A DNA stretch of 62,312 nt, filler included, from Choristocarpus tenellus KU-1152 (lineage: Eukaryota > Protista > Phaeophyceae): assembly GCA_964200185.2 (NCBI GenBank). It is 13 parts of 13 records of this genome, joined end to end, with 100 filler letters (N's around TTAATTAATTAA, not from the genome) between each part and the next. Parts side by side here need not be neighbours in the genome. Positions count along the whole stretch, not along the records: positions 1 to 2,750 come from CAXNAD020025061.1; positions 2,851 to 5,446 come from CAXNAD020026429.1; positions 5,547 to 9,027 come from CAXNAD020019740.1; positions 9,128 to 14,599 come from CAXNAD020010674.1; 9 more parts are not named here. The stretch is one strand, 5' to 3'. Positions 1-12,600 of the stretch are shown in pieces. A program made the translations under genes and the position numbers. Within the stretch, counting starts at the first letter, position 1. The number at the start of each line of letters is the position of its first letter. The notes under the pieces are model-generated. The model ran no database searches. It was not told the origin of the DNA and worked only from the letters and a program-made list of their open reading frames with translations.

Positions 1-21
1 CCCCCCCAGATACTTTGACCC
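1..21. mobile_element. MITE family B right terminus (truncated)
   Basis: CCCCCCCAGATACTTTGACCC matches the family B TIR. Confidence 0.8.
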
Positions 22-948
22 CAAGGCGGGGAGAAGCATTCACCCACCCAAAAAATTGTTTGCAATAAGACAATTACTGCTGGAAGAAAGGTAAGGAAGA
101 CAGCATGAAGGAGAAGGTATCCAGCCATGCCAAAACGAAGTGGCTCTAAACAAGGTTGACACCAAAAATCCGTTAAGAATAGCTAGATTAAAACAGCATT
201 GATGCATTTGAAGTCAATATGGTTGAAACACCCTCCTTTTGCCATACCCCTACCTCTATCCAAGCGGTTACTCATTACAGACATACCTTCTAAAGTTTCC
301 TGGCCAGTGTACTAATTTGTTGCGACTAAAGCACGAGAAGTACATCTCAACTCCCAATATCACCCACAAAAACTCAATATGGATAAAGAGATTCGCCTGA
401 TACGTTTTTTCTGATCCGATTTCACAGGTGTGGAGCGGTGATAATGTTGTACTAGGTTAGGCTATGACACCATACAAATGCAGGCACACACTTGAATTGG
501 GTCGTGAGTGGTGATGTGAATGGTCTTCTATGGAAGAAATTTGCAAGGTAATGGAAAGGGTGAAAGAGAACCTTTGCTTTGCTTTACAACAAACACTTTA
601 ATGTAGTTGTAGGATCCAGCAATGTACATATGGTGTAGAATATTACATTGACACTCTAGTATCTACACTCAGACGTAGAAACACCACACATTTCTCGTTT
701 CAAATAACTGACCAGTAATACAACAATGAAGATGCTGCGATCCATAGAACTACATGTATCATAGTGGCGTGGATTAAACGTTGTGCTGTTTAATTCAGTA
801 CACAAAGTATTAGTCTTTGCAATAATGATGTGATAAACAACTCAAACCTCATCTCAACCGCTGCGACTTTGCCCCTTCTCCTCTCCAAACCGGACTGGTA
901 CTCTCATGCACAACAGGTACCAAGAAAATTGGCCAAATGTAACCTTAC

Positions 949-1340
949 CTTCGCTCTGTTGTTGACAGAGAGCAAAATGTTTGGTGACTTGAGTTCTCCG
1001 TGGACAACCCTCTTATGATGAAGGAAGGCCATGCCTTCGGCCACATCTTGTGCCAGACTCAAGGCTAGCTCCATCTTCAGTGGGACTCCTTTGGGATGTG
1101 AAGAGAGGAAGTTGAGCAGGTCACCCCCTTCCATGAACTCCATTACAAGGATTAGTCTATCAGGCAATGTAGTCACGGCACCATAGACTTGCACAATGCG
1201 CTCTTGAAGAGTGGCCATAGCATGCAGTTGGTCGTTGAAGACTCTAAGCAACTTTTTCCTCGCCGCTGTGTCCACAGTGACCATTTTGAGATCCACTACC
1301 TTGGCAGCTTTGATAGCAACGTGGGGGGAAATAACCCCAG
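949..1340 (-). pseudogene. TKL-type protein kinase exon (subdomains II-VIb); probable pseudokinase or pseudogene
   Basis: VAIK, IVQVYGAVT, LILVMEFMEGGDL, DVAEGMAFLH, HGELKSPNILL motifs; GT donor at 948; catalytic Asp reads Glu. Confidence 0.75.
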
Positions 1341-2059
1341 GGAAGAGTGAGACAGTGAGAGTGAGACAGTAAGAGTGAGACAGTAGAACCGCAAGATGGG
1401 ACAAGCCATGTTCATGTGAGAGTGTGAAGAGGAGGAACAATAGGAACCTTAGTCATTCTGTGGTCATACTCTTGTGCTGTATTTTTTGGCAGCTTATGTG
1501 ACTTGATTCCATGAAGTACTACTGGCGATGTGGGGTTTCCATACAATATCCCATACGGACATTGCACACTTGCAGAAATATGTAAGGGCTGCAAACATTA
1601 ATTGTAACTTATCCTTCAAAAAACAACTCTAAGATTGAATGCCAGGGGAGGCGGTAGGGGGGAGGGGGAAATCCAAGAATTGGGATTCCAAAATAACAAA
1701 CTGCTACTTTACTTCTACTTTACTTCTACTTCGAGTACTCAAAAAGACAGGGCAATGCACCTTTGGTCAATGAGTCCAAATATGACAGCACGATAGCAGG
1801 AAAATTGTTCCAATTTATTGAAGCACATTTTCAGCATTTTTCTAAACACATTCAAACTAATATGCTTATTCTATCAATTACTCCACGGCAGGTAATCAGT
1901 AAAAAACGGTTCTCCTCAAAGTCGGTGTTTGAAAAACATGCTAGGTGTCCATATCTTCCTCCTGGCCAGGCCCAACTTTACAATTCGCTAGTCGCTTCTC
2001 TTCGTGGCTACCGGAAGCAGGTTGGCAGCATTCCACCAGGTCGAGCCAACGATTCAAAT

Positions 2060-2317
2060 GATTGAAAGTATCTTAGAGGGTACGATTTCCCCCTGTTTGT
2101 CCATTTGGGGCTTGGCTTCTCACGGTTTTTAAATTACATTTTACCTACTCCGAAACATTTTGGAGTAGGTAAAATGTTTGAGGGATGAAAAGGAGCGTCC
2201 AGAACAAGGATATTGACATCTCCTAACAAACATGATAACCAAAATTACATCAAAATTGCAACATTGGATTTTGACCCCCAAATGGACGCGACTCTACCCT
2301 CTACGATACTTTGACTC
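2060..2317 (+). mobile_element. MITE family A (258 bp), Sola2-like
   Basis: TIR GATTGAAAGTATCTTAGAGGGTA...TACCCTCTACGATACTTTGACTC; AAAT TSD at 2056-2059 and 2318-2321. Confidence 0.9.
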
Positions 2318-2570
2318 AAATAGCGGGAGGTAATTCAGCGAAATCAGTCTTGTCCCGCCAAGCAAAAAAATCGGTGGTCCAACGACTGGTGGGACAGTGT
2401 GAGACGTTCCAATCATACCATCATGTGTCGTAATTTTTTCCTGGCACGTTTGCACTGCCCATCAACCCACCACCCAACCTTCTCCCCTCACCCCCAAAAT
2501 ATATAACCCTAGCTTTATTACACGATAATTCAACCCCTTATGATTTCTCTTATCCTTCAAAGCAGCATCA

Positions 2571-2750
2571 GGGTCAAAGTATCTTGGGGGGGGGGGGTGG
2601 TTTGTGAGGGGGCGTCTGTTTCGGTCAAATATTTTTTGCTGACATTTCAAATCCGACATGTGCGACCGAATCACACCAAAAAAGTGAAAATCGAAAAAAG
2701 CGTGAAAAACGGACGCCGCCACCCCCCCCCCACATACTCTAACCCTTTCC
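2571..2750. mobile_element. MITE family B (subtype 1), truncated by contig end
   Basis: GGGTCAAAGTATCT plus G-run; interior is the reverse complement of 15997-16182. Confidence 0.85.
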
Positions 2751-2850
2751 NNNNNNNNNNNNNNNNNNNNNNNNNNNNNNNNNNNNNNNNNNNNTTAATT
2801 AATTAANNNNNNNNNNNNNNNNNNNNNNNNNNNNNNNNNNNNNNNNNNNN
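2751..2850. other. Artificial contig linker (N-TTAATTAATTAA-N, stops in all six frames). Identical linkers at 5447-5546, 9028-9127, 14600-14699, 19276-19375, 22850-22949, 28827-28926, 36979-37078, 39659-39758, 47029-47128, 53324-53423, 57542-57641
   Basis: Twelve identical 100-bp N spacers with a central TTAATTAATTAA. Confidence 0.98.
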
Positions 2851-3567
2851 GAGGGAGTTGCAGTGGTACTGAAGGCGTCTCAGAGGGGGGGAAGTACTCT
2901 GGAATACGTGATGCAGGGAAAAGAACAAGTCCAAAAACACCTCAATGCAGTGGCCATCCTGGAAAACACCATTCATAGTCTTTTTGCTTCAGCCTAGCAC
3001 ACATGGGAAAAGAACCAACCGTGTACACACGAGGGCAATCTGACCTGTAGGGGTACAACAGCAAAAGCTCTCTTCAGCTGGGTGCTTATCCTTCTCAGTG
3101 AAGTCAGTACACACCAGAGGGAGTGTCTCTCAAAGTACAGCATTAGTCTATGTAACAGAGGTAAAACGTTCTTAGACAGCAATCGTGGAGATACCTGGTG
3201 GGACTACAGTCAACTTCTACATAGCAACAAAAGACGAACTGAAGCATACTGGGTGATATACTGGGTGATATAGTGGGTGATGAACAAGTGTTGGGGAAGT
3301 GAGCCAACACGGCAGAGGGGAAGTGAGGACCAACTGACGATATTGATTAACCAATAACTACTCCAGAAAAAAATATAGGTCGCTTTGATCACTTCAGACT
3401 GCCAGGGAACCTCAAGAAAATGTCGAGATAACTTAAGAGAGGAATTATGAGAAATATCAGCCGACCATGATATACTTGTACTGTGCACAACCCTGGCAAA
3501 TACGAGACCTTAAAAATCCTTGAGAACACACACCAAATGCACAATCAAAAACCAAAACTAGACCAAC

Positions 3568-5233
3568 CTTCTGTGTCCCATTCGAAAATACAACCACACG
3601 CCTTCCATCCTCCAAGATACGTTCCACCTTGCCCTCTACTCCACCTTGTGCACCCACCCCCCCAGCGGCATTCCTCATGTGCATCCCCTGTACCCCGACA
3701 GGTGGTGAAACGGTTGGTCCACCACTCCCAGAAAACCCTCCACCCTCTGCATGGTTTTCCATCACAGTACCAAAGTTTCTTGAAGAAATTTCACGAACAA
3801 CAGCACTGCCAAAGCTCTCACCCCTCCTGGCCCCACTTCGTGAGCCTTGATCAACCTCCTCAGGTGGATGCTCAGTCTCAACCTCAGGCCTCCCTGCTGC
3901 CCAAAAGGAACCCCCACCCCCACCAGTGCCACCGGGGGGATAGCCATACCTTTGCTGCAATGGAGAGTCTTCATAAGTGCGTCCTGCGACCGAGGTCGAG
4001 CTCGTGGTCATTGCCACAGTATCGCTCTGGGCCAGCCCTGGAGCTCTTCCCTCCTTGCCTCTGGTCTCCACCGCCACAGCTGAGAGAGACCCCCTGAGTC
4101 CGTTGCTGGAAGAGGTCCCGCCTCCACTGCCAATAGAACTCCCCCCTGTGCTCCGCCGTCCTGCTCCCGCTCCCTCGTAGCGTAGGGGGTTGTAACCGCT
4201 CTTGTTCGTTTGTGCAGACGCCTCCATGTCTGCGGAAGCAATGCCCCATCCCCCCCCTGCACCTTCTCCCACAGAGTCAGCCCTCCCCCTAGCCAACATG
4301 TTGTCACGTCTGCCATGTCTGCTGTTTCCATCGGGATCGCCCCTCCCTGACTCTAACCCCCATTCCCCTGAGGAAGGCGTGCGCCTGGTGGGCAACTCAT
4401 CCCTCCTGTGCCCTTCTGAGCTGGAATGCTGCGGCAACCACCTCCCCCCATGTTCAACCCTTTCAGGCCTCCTACCACTCCTACCAGCGGCCACGCCATT
4501 ATCATCACCGGTTTCATGTCCACCCGCATATCCTCCCCAACTCTCATTGCCCTGGCTACCAGCTGAGAGGGGTCTATTCCCAGGGTCGTAGTGCTGAATA
4601 CTGGCCTCAGATAACAAAGAATTATGATACCCATTAAGCCCTGCTTCCATCCCATCCCCTACTCCCGGGCTCTGACTCTCCTCTCCCCACTGACTGTTCC
4701 TCTCCTCCGGAAAATCCTCCCCTCCCCCTCCCCCTCCCCCTCCATACACGCCGCCTTCTGCATCTTCCAATGACCCCCTTGCCCTCCCTCGGCCTGTTTC
4801 TAACTTGCTCCCAACACTCTGCCTCCTTCCACGCTGCACAACATCAACCCCCTCCTGGCCCGTTGCCTGCACCCCATCCCTCCCCACCCTCTGTGACCCT
4901 CCTCCAACATGCCTCTGCAGGCCCTGGGGTTGTAATGTATACGGTGACTGGAGTCCCCCCGAGTGAGAGAGAGATTCTACAGGTGTTGATGACACCTGCT
5001 GGTCCAAAGTCTTTCCCTTCGCCCTGCTCATGGCACCGCCTCTCAAGGTGCTGGCACTCCTGCCCCTACTGCTTCCACGGCCGCCGGTTGGTGTCCTGGG
5101 ATCGGAGGTGGAGTGACTCATTCCCCCCCCCACCACACTGGCCCATATTTCAACACGTTGGCGTTCTAAGAAGGACACTTGCCCTTCCAGTTCAGACACT
5201 CGAACAGCCTGTGCCTTGACTTGCTGTTGAAGT
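3568..5233 (-). CDS. CENPJ: Large internal exon of a CENPJ/SAS-4/TCP10-like centriolar protein (partial gene)
   Basis: Coiled coil (LQQQVKAQAVRVSELEGQV), long Gly/Ser-rich linker, then GKVERILEDGRRVVVFSNGTQK resembling the start of the Tcp10_C domain; AG acceptor 5235-5234, GT donor 3567-3566. Confidence 0.7.
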
Positions 5234-5587
5234 CTGGGTAGTTGAGGCGATGGTGGTGGGGATAGATGTGTCAGAGATGTTGTGGCTGGTGAGAGGAATC
5301 AGGTCATGGGGGCAGGGGCAGTGAAAACAATAACACTGGTGGTGAGATATGGGTTTGGGGGGGGGGGGGGGGGGGGGGGCTGTAGGGGATGAGAAAAAGA
5401 TTAATAAAATTTTTGGTAAGAGATGGAAGGGGGGGGGTGCAAAAAANNNNNNNNNNNNNNNNNNNNNNNNNNNNNNNNNNNNNNNNNNNNTTAATTAATT
5501 AANNNNNNNNNNNNNNNNNNNNNNNNNNNNNNNNNNNNNNNNNNNNCCCCCCTCCCCCTGATACTTAGGGTTAGGGTGATGTTCTAC

Positions 5588-7790
5588 GTGCCGCTGACAC
5601 CTGAACCTCTGCCCCACTCTGTGGCGCCACTGAAGCCGGTCGTACTCTTTTTCTTTTTTTTCGTTGTTGTAAATCACTCGGTTAATCCTTCATATATTAT
5701 TTGAAACAAAAACAAAAATGGTAGGATATTGTTCTCGATGAAGATGGCGCAGCACAACAACACAACGGCGGAGTGTGGGAGAGAAACACACAACCAAGTA
5801 AGCCGGTTTCCGTCGATGCGACGAGTGAGTCTGGCTTCAAACCACGTTTTTCAAATTCACGGCAACAGAAACGTCGACAGACCCCCTACTGCTCCAGTCC
5901 GTAGCCCGAGACATTTCGGGCCCTACTCTCTCGGAAGAGTACGACCTACCTGCCTCCGCTAAGGAACTGCATGTCGAACTACCTAGCCGACAGTTACACA
6001 AAAAAAAATCAAGATAGAACAGTTGCGGAGTGGACCGTATCATACCGTATCATACGGCATCTCTTTTTGGGGGTTTATTCGGTTACGCGCGCTCGCGCGC
6101 GCCACGCCCGCCCGCCCGCGCTTGCTTGCGTGGATTCACCTCTCAGTGCGCTCCTTCATCTCCTTCCTGACCTGCACTACCTGGTGTCTCTCCCTCAGTT
6201 CGCCCTCTCGCCGTCTCCTCTCCTCCTCGTAGCTGTCGCGAACTCTTTCGAGGTCATGCTGTGCCACCTACATAGAGAGTGAAAGTATCTTAGAGGGGTT
6301 TGAGTTTTTTTTTTTTTTTTTTTTTTTTTATTTGAAATTTTACCTGCTCCGAAATGTTTTGGAGTAGGTAAAAAATGCATAAGTTATGAAAAGGTGTGTC
6401 CGGAACAAGGATATTGACACTTCCTAACAAACACAGTAGTCAAAATTATGCAAAAGAGAACTCTTCCAATAGAATCTTTTCATTATGCTGTATGGATGTG
6501 TTTATGAGCGGTGTGAGCACACCCCTCGAGGTGGGGGGTGCTCTGCCTCGTTATCTATTGCCCTCGGTGCTTGATCTTACTATCTATTGTGTACGTCAGC
6601 AAACACGTCAAAAATATGTTTGTGAAAGTTACACTACGACAGCCACTTATGCTTGTGATAAAAGCAGAAATCAATCCATCCAGACTCGAACCTGTCATTC
6701 TGGATGTACAGAAACAAGTCCTTGACTCTTATTCTACTGAGTCAATACTTCTGTAATTTAGCGTCGGTCACTAAACATATATCAATCTATAGACTACCTA
6801 GCCTATATTGCACAAGAATTACATCAAAATCGGAACGTAGGATTTTGGCCCCCAAACGGACGCGGCTCTGCCCTCTAAGATGCTTTGACTCGAGACGACC
6901 TCACGGGTTAGTTGCTGCTACTGCTCTTCATCTTTTGGAGGTCATTCGATAGTGAAAGTATCTTAGAGGGTACGAGTTTTGCCTTGTTTTTCCATTTGGG
7001 GCTCGACTTCCCATGTTTTTTTTTGTTGCATTTTTTATACTCCGAAATGTTTCGGAGTTAGGTAAAAAATGTACATACGTTATGAAAAGGTGTGTCCGGA
7101 ACAAGGATACTGACATCTCCTAACAAACACGATATCCAAAATTACATCAAGATTGCAACATTGGATTTTGGCCCCCAAACAAGACGCGGCTGTACCCTCT
7201 AAGATACTTTGGCACTTTGACTCTGGTGTGAATCCAGCATGTCACAAAAATCATCCAAAAAAAGTCGCTGCAACATGATAGCAACCGAACAATCCCTAAC
7301 CCTAAGATTGACCACGTACAGTTCGTCCCCGGGCAATACATACCAAGGAAAGTATATATATATATATATATTTGATCATTTTTTTTAATGTATAGTTTTA
7401 TCATTTTTATTACAAAAACGGCGCATTATCCTGGTATCAAATTTTATTACAAAAACTACGAGGACATGAAACCGTTTTCCTGGAGTCTTGACCTGTTCGT
7501 TCCGAAAAGTGCGGCATATCTACTGTACTGAGAATCATTATTATTAATATTAATATTAATAATATTACTATTATTAATATTACTATTATTATTATTATTA
7601 TCGTATATCTTGACATTCGTACATATTTGACTGAGGATTTAAGTATCACGTATTCAAAAACTCTCCCTTTTTATATTTTCATAACATAGCAGCTATCCCT
7701 CTCTAGAAGCCCTCTCTCCCTCTCCCCCTCTCTCTAACTCTGCTCCCTCATCGCCTTGATTTCACCCAGACAGACTCCATGCAGGTTGGA
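5588..7790 (-). CDS. Exons of a coiled-coil protein (about 6140-6267 clear; about 5588-5650 and 7690-7790 tentative)
   Basis: Exon VAQHDLERVRDSYEEERRRREGELRERHQVVQVRKEMKERTE flanked by AG/GT. Confidence 0.5.
6277..6891 (+). mobile_element. MITE family A copy interrupted by a 364-bp nested insertion
   Basis: Family A sequence 6277-6448 resumes at about 6813-6891; flanks TAGA/GAGA. Confidence 0.85.
6449..6812. mobile_element. Nested insertion with TGCAA...TTGCA ends (solo LTR or other MITE)
   Basis: Imperfect 10-bp TIR TGCAAAAGAG/CTATATTGCA; flanked by CAAAATTA and CAAGAATTA. Confidence 0.6.
6950..7223 (+). mobile_element. MITE family A
   Basis: Full-length similarity to 2060-2317 with TIRs. 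Confidence 0.9.
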
Positions 7791-8828
7791 GGCTGATGGG
7801 ACTGTCACTCTAGAAGGGATAGAGCCAGCTTAAATGTTTCTACCACTGCATGGCCGCGTGTGGTTGTAGCAAAGTTGGAGGCGTTGTGGCAGCAGCAAAG
7901 GGGGTTACATTTCTCAGCGGTGTGCCTCCCGTCCCATGCGTCAACCGTGGATATAGCCTGATTTCTTTAATCGAATTTATTGTTCTAAAAAAAAAAAAAG
8001 TTCTTTAAAAAAAAAAAACACTTCTACCGATTATTCCAACATATTTTTTTTAAGATAGTAAATAAATATTTATTTTTCAAAAAAAAAAAAAATTATAAAA
8101 AAAAAAAAAACACTTCTACCGATTATTCCAGCGTATTGCATTCAAGATCGTGGTTCAAGACCCATGTTTCATTCAATGTTTCATTCAATCAAGCACCAAT
8201 TGGTTACACAATTATTTTTTTTGTAAGTGAGAAAGACCTCGGTTCACTCAACCCCACTCGATCCAATCCAATCCAAGTATATATATATATATAATGGATT
8301 TTTTTAATATATATAATTGATTTTTTTAGAGATTTCACAGGTCTGAAAATAGTCTCTCCTGTCGTTCTTGGAATTTCCCCTTCAAACTGGTTAAATAAGT
8401 TCCCTACTCCTGAGCAAGGGCTCTTTCTGCAACTGAAACAAAAAATGACATATCTTTTGTAATATTTTTGTAATATTTTTTGTAACTTCTATCTCGCCTG
8501 CCTCTCAACCATTTTGGCTATAATTGTGGCCCATTTTTTGTGGAGAGGCAAAGGAGAGAGCTAAATGGCACGCCACATCCAGAACAAGATTTTTTTTAAA
8601 TAAAACAGCTTAGGGGGGGGTTGTCTAATCCACACATCAGAAAAAAAAAAAATGGAGCTCGTTTGTTCTTTTCTTTAAAAGGGGCAGAGCGATATCACGA
8701 TCGATCCTTAATTGTTTGTACAGCATCTGCATTATTTTTTTTATTTTTTTATTTTATTTTATTTCCTGTGTCGTGTGCTCTTTTCATGAGAGCCTCACGC
8801 ATAGCGCCCGTGTGGGGAACTTCTTGGT

Positions 8829-9013
8829 GGCTCAAAGTATCTGGGGGGAGGGGAGGGTGGCGGCTGTCTGTTCGGGGGCCTATTTTTTCCATGTCGTCAT
8901 TTTTGTGTGATTTGGTTGCATACATTGGATGGATAACGTAAGTGAAATTTTCCTGGTTATGGTCCAAATGGACACCCCGATGTAGATCCTCCCCCCCCCC
9001 CCCAGAAACATTT
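8829..9013. mobile_element. MITE family B (subtype 2)
   Basis: GGCTCAAAGTATCTGGGGGG...CCCCCCAGA; interior shared with 22671-22849 and 54765-54940. Confidence 0.85.
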
Positions 9014-9343
9014 TTATATTATAACAANNNNNNNNNNNNNNNNNNNNNNNNNNNNNNNNNNNNNNNNNNNNTTAATTAATTAANNNNNNNNNNNNNNNNN
9101 NNNNNNNNNNNNNNNNNNNNNNNNNNNAAAAAAAACGAACCCCCCCCGCTTCAAAACGGCACAAAACACATTTTTTTTTCCCCCCCCCCCCCCCCAAAAA
9201 AAAAAAAACTTCATTCCCAGAATTAAATCAGAATTAACCAAGACTTTCGGCACAGACAGAACCAAACATCATACGCAGAACAAGAAAGCAGACACAGCCT
9301 GTTATTACCCACTGTAACAGGAAAACATACAATACCCACCCTT

Positions 9344-9614
9344 GAGTGAAAGTATCTTATAGAGGGTGTGAGTGTTTCCCTCATTGTCCATTTGGGACTT
9401 ACTTGGCTTCCCACGGGTTTTTAAAAAATGACATTTTACCTACTCCAAAATGTTTCAGAGCAGGTAAAATGTAAACGTTATGAAAAGGTGTGTCTGGAAC
9501 AAGGACATTGACACTTCCTAACAAACACGATAACCAAAACTACATCAAAATCGCAACACTTTGATTTTGTCCCCCAAAATGGATGCGACCCTACCCTCTA
9601 AGATACTTTGGCTC
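9344..9614 (+). mobile_element. MITE family A
   Basis: GAGTGAAAGTATCT...AGATACTTTGGCTC; CCTT TSD at 9340-9343 and 9615-9618. Confidence 0.92.
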
Positions 9615-9621
9615 CCTTCAC

Positions 9622-12600
9622 CTTTTGCTGAAGCTCTGTTGCGTTGCCTTCAACTAGCCTGAGCCGCTCTTCCTCCCTTGTCGCAGCCTCTTTACCTCGA
9701 GCTACTTCCTCCTCCGACAGTTTCAGCCGGCCCTGATAGAAACCGACACGCAGTAGCGGCAGTTACGAGTGGCCCGATATAGGTGGCATGACATAGTACC
9801 TTCAACAGATGTACACAAGAACGTCTTCCCAACCAGATGAAAAAATGGTATTCAAATGGTATTCAATTTTCCTCTTTCCAAAAACCCAGATTGATTCACC
9901 TGACTAATAAAGTGCCGGCATTTTATTTACGCATTTATTTATTAATGTATGTATGTATATATGTATGTATGTATATGTAAGTATACAGACACTCGTAACC
10001 ACTCCAGAACAAGCAAAATCACATACAACGTAGTAATACATGCTTTCACAGATAAGAACCTTCCCACCATATATATTCATTATGCAAGTAGAGGTAGGAT
10101 TACTCTATTCGCTGTGGAGAGATGTTTATACATACTCTTAAAAAGTATGGTACTTACTTTTTCCCCTGTAAAAAATAAATACTCACAGCCCTAGAGTACT
10201 ACAACTTGCATTGGTATTTTATTTCAAAAATAAACATGAAGTTCACACACTCAAAATAGTAGCCCTAGAGTAATACAACTTGCATTGGTATTTTATTTCA
10301 AAAAGATGCATGAAGTCCACACACTCAAAATAGTAGCCCTAGATAGAGTACTACAACTTGCATTGGTATTTTATTTCAAAAATATACATGAAATCCATAC
10401 AATCAAAATAGTAAATTAGGTCCCAAAAAACACTTTCACAAGGTGGTACAAAATAAAGTAATAAGAAATAGTAAATCCAAAGCATGCAACAACAGTACAC
10501 AGACAAAATCAAAATACACACTATTGTTGAACTACATCGCAAGTCATAACTTCAAAGCCCACAAACGCCTACGGGTTACAAACCCACAAAAAAAAACGGT
10601 ATCACTTCGACGCCCCCTCTACTGCATCCCCCAATAAAAACAATAAAAACAACAAAAAAAAGGACATTTCACTCCTCACCTGCAAGGCCTTGAAGTGCTT
10701 GTTCGCCTGAGAAAACTGTTTCTCCGCCAAGGCCTTCATATCATTCTTCATCTGAACACACGAGGATCAAAAAACCAATCAAAATAAACAAAAAACACGC
10801 AGATAGAAAGAGACAACCCTAAGAACAAAGGTTCACAAAAAATAAATAATCTTGAGTACATAAATATACCCCAAAGTACAGTAAAACTAAAAAAAAAAGT
10901 CACCAATGCGAAAAATAATCATGTCACTTAAAAGCAGGCAGTACCAACACCAAATACATCTTTCAGGATGAATTCATCCATGCCTTGATTAGCGCCGCCT
11001 CTCTCTTATCCCTCTCCCTATCCTGCAGTTGACTGTATTCCTCCTCCAGCTGGATCATCTTCGACTCTAGGGATGCCCTTCCCTTCCTGAAAAAAAAAGT
11101 AAAAAAAATTAGTATGCACATGCATACATGCACTAGGACACTGTCCTATGTAGCATTCATCCACTATTGCTAAATAAAATTAGTATGCAACATGCATACA
11201 TGCACTAGGACACTGTCCTATGTAGCATTCATCCACTATTGCTAAATAAAATTAGTATGCACATGCATACATGCACTAGGACACCGTCCTATGTAGCATT
11301 CATTCACTATTGATTGCTAAATACATGGTAGTATCCATTATTATTCACCTACAGGAGGTTAGAGTTAGGGTTATATATACTCAGTGACTGGGTAGGGTCA
11401 ACATACATATTTTTCATACACAGCAGTTGCACACAAAGATATGTTTTTAGTTTAATGTGACATACACATATATACATACATACATACATACATACATATA
11501 AACCAGGGCTCTTCACCAGGCCAGCAAATGAAAATGCTTCCATCTGCTGGCCAGACCGGTCCCAATATTATTCAACACATCCCAGTACATATCCACCAGC
11601 CGGACTGGGTCTAGGGTTCTCTAACATGTCTGGACCATGTCCACTTGGTAATTGTAGTGACCCAAATCCGCCATCCCGTCTCACTTGTTTACTGGCATGT
11701 CCAGACCGTGTCCACTAAGTGTTGAACCGACTCACCACAAAAATCATGTACATGTCAAAGGTTAAGATATACTCCAGTATGTCCATATAGACAAACTCTT
11801 TTTCAAATATTCTCTTATATCTCTTAGTTCAAAATCATAAATAAAATAAAATAAAATAAAATAAAATATACATACATGCGGTGAGAATTTCAGGAAACAT
11901 GTATGTGTGGATTTAATAGACATATATGTACTTAAAAAAAACACATATTCAGCGGTAGATATTGTTGATGTTTGTATTGTTGCTATTCATACTACGCATA
12001 CTACTTCATTTCACCACTACTATGACTATATATGCACGAAACTGCTGACTGCATTTCTGGTTAATCTTTACACTCCAGGGCTACCATAGTGACTGACTGT
12101 GATTTAGGGATGAGAGTCAACAACAACGGGAGTTAGTACACATTAATGAGGCGTTTGTGTTGGTTGCGTTTGACAGAAATGCTCTTGTACTTGTAGTAGT
12201 ATTGATACAACATATGGACTCTAGAGCTCCATACGCCAGGGACATGATGGCAGGACACGTTTGACAAGTATAATCAACTGACAGAGATTAATTCCATGCG
12301 TCCTGCCTACCCCTGGCTCAATCTTCAGTTGGCGGAGATTAAAAATCTCGTTGATTTGATTGGCCACAGACTAGATGAAATTAGAGACCTTTTTTTTTTT
12401 CTCATGCCCTGCAGATGTCAGAACAGTTTGATTTGTATGTTAATTGTTACACTGGTACTGAGTGTTAGGTACTGAGTGTAAGGTACTGAGTGTTACATTG
12501 AAGTATTCTGTAGTTAGCTGTTCTAGCTCCTGCCAAGTCTTACATAGGAATATGTAAAGTTCTCTATCGATGGAGTTTGTTAAACTTTTCACTATAGTAG

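Noticed and set aside
2751-2850. Recurrent TTAATTAATTAA palindrome within N runs
   Set aside because: Artificial six-frame-stop linker. ORFs running into it and cross-contig gene neighbourhoods are artefacts.
3483-5219. Multiple + strand Pro/Ser-rich ORFs
   Set aside because: Antisense shadows of the Gly-rich minus-strand exon.
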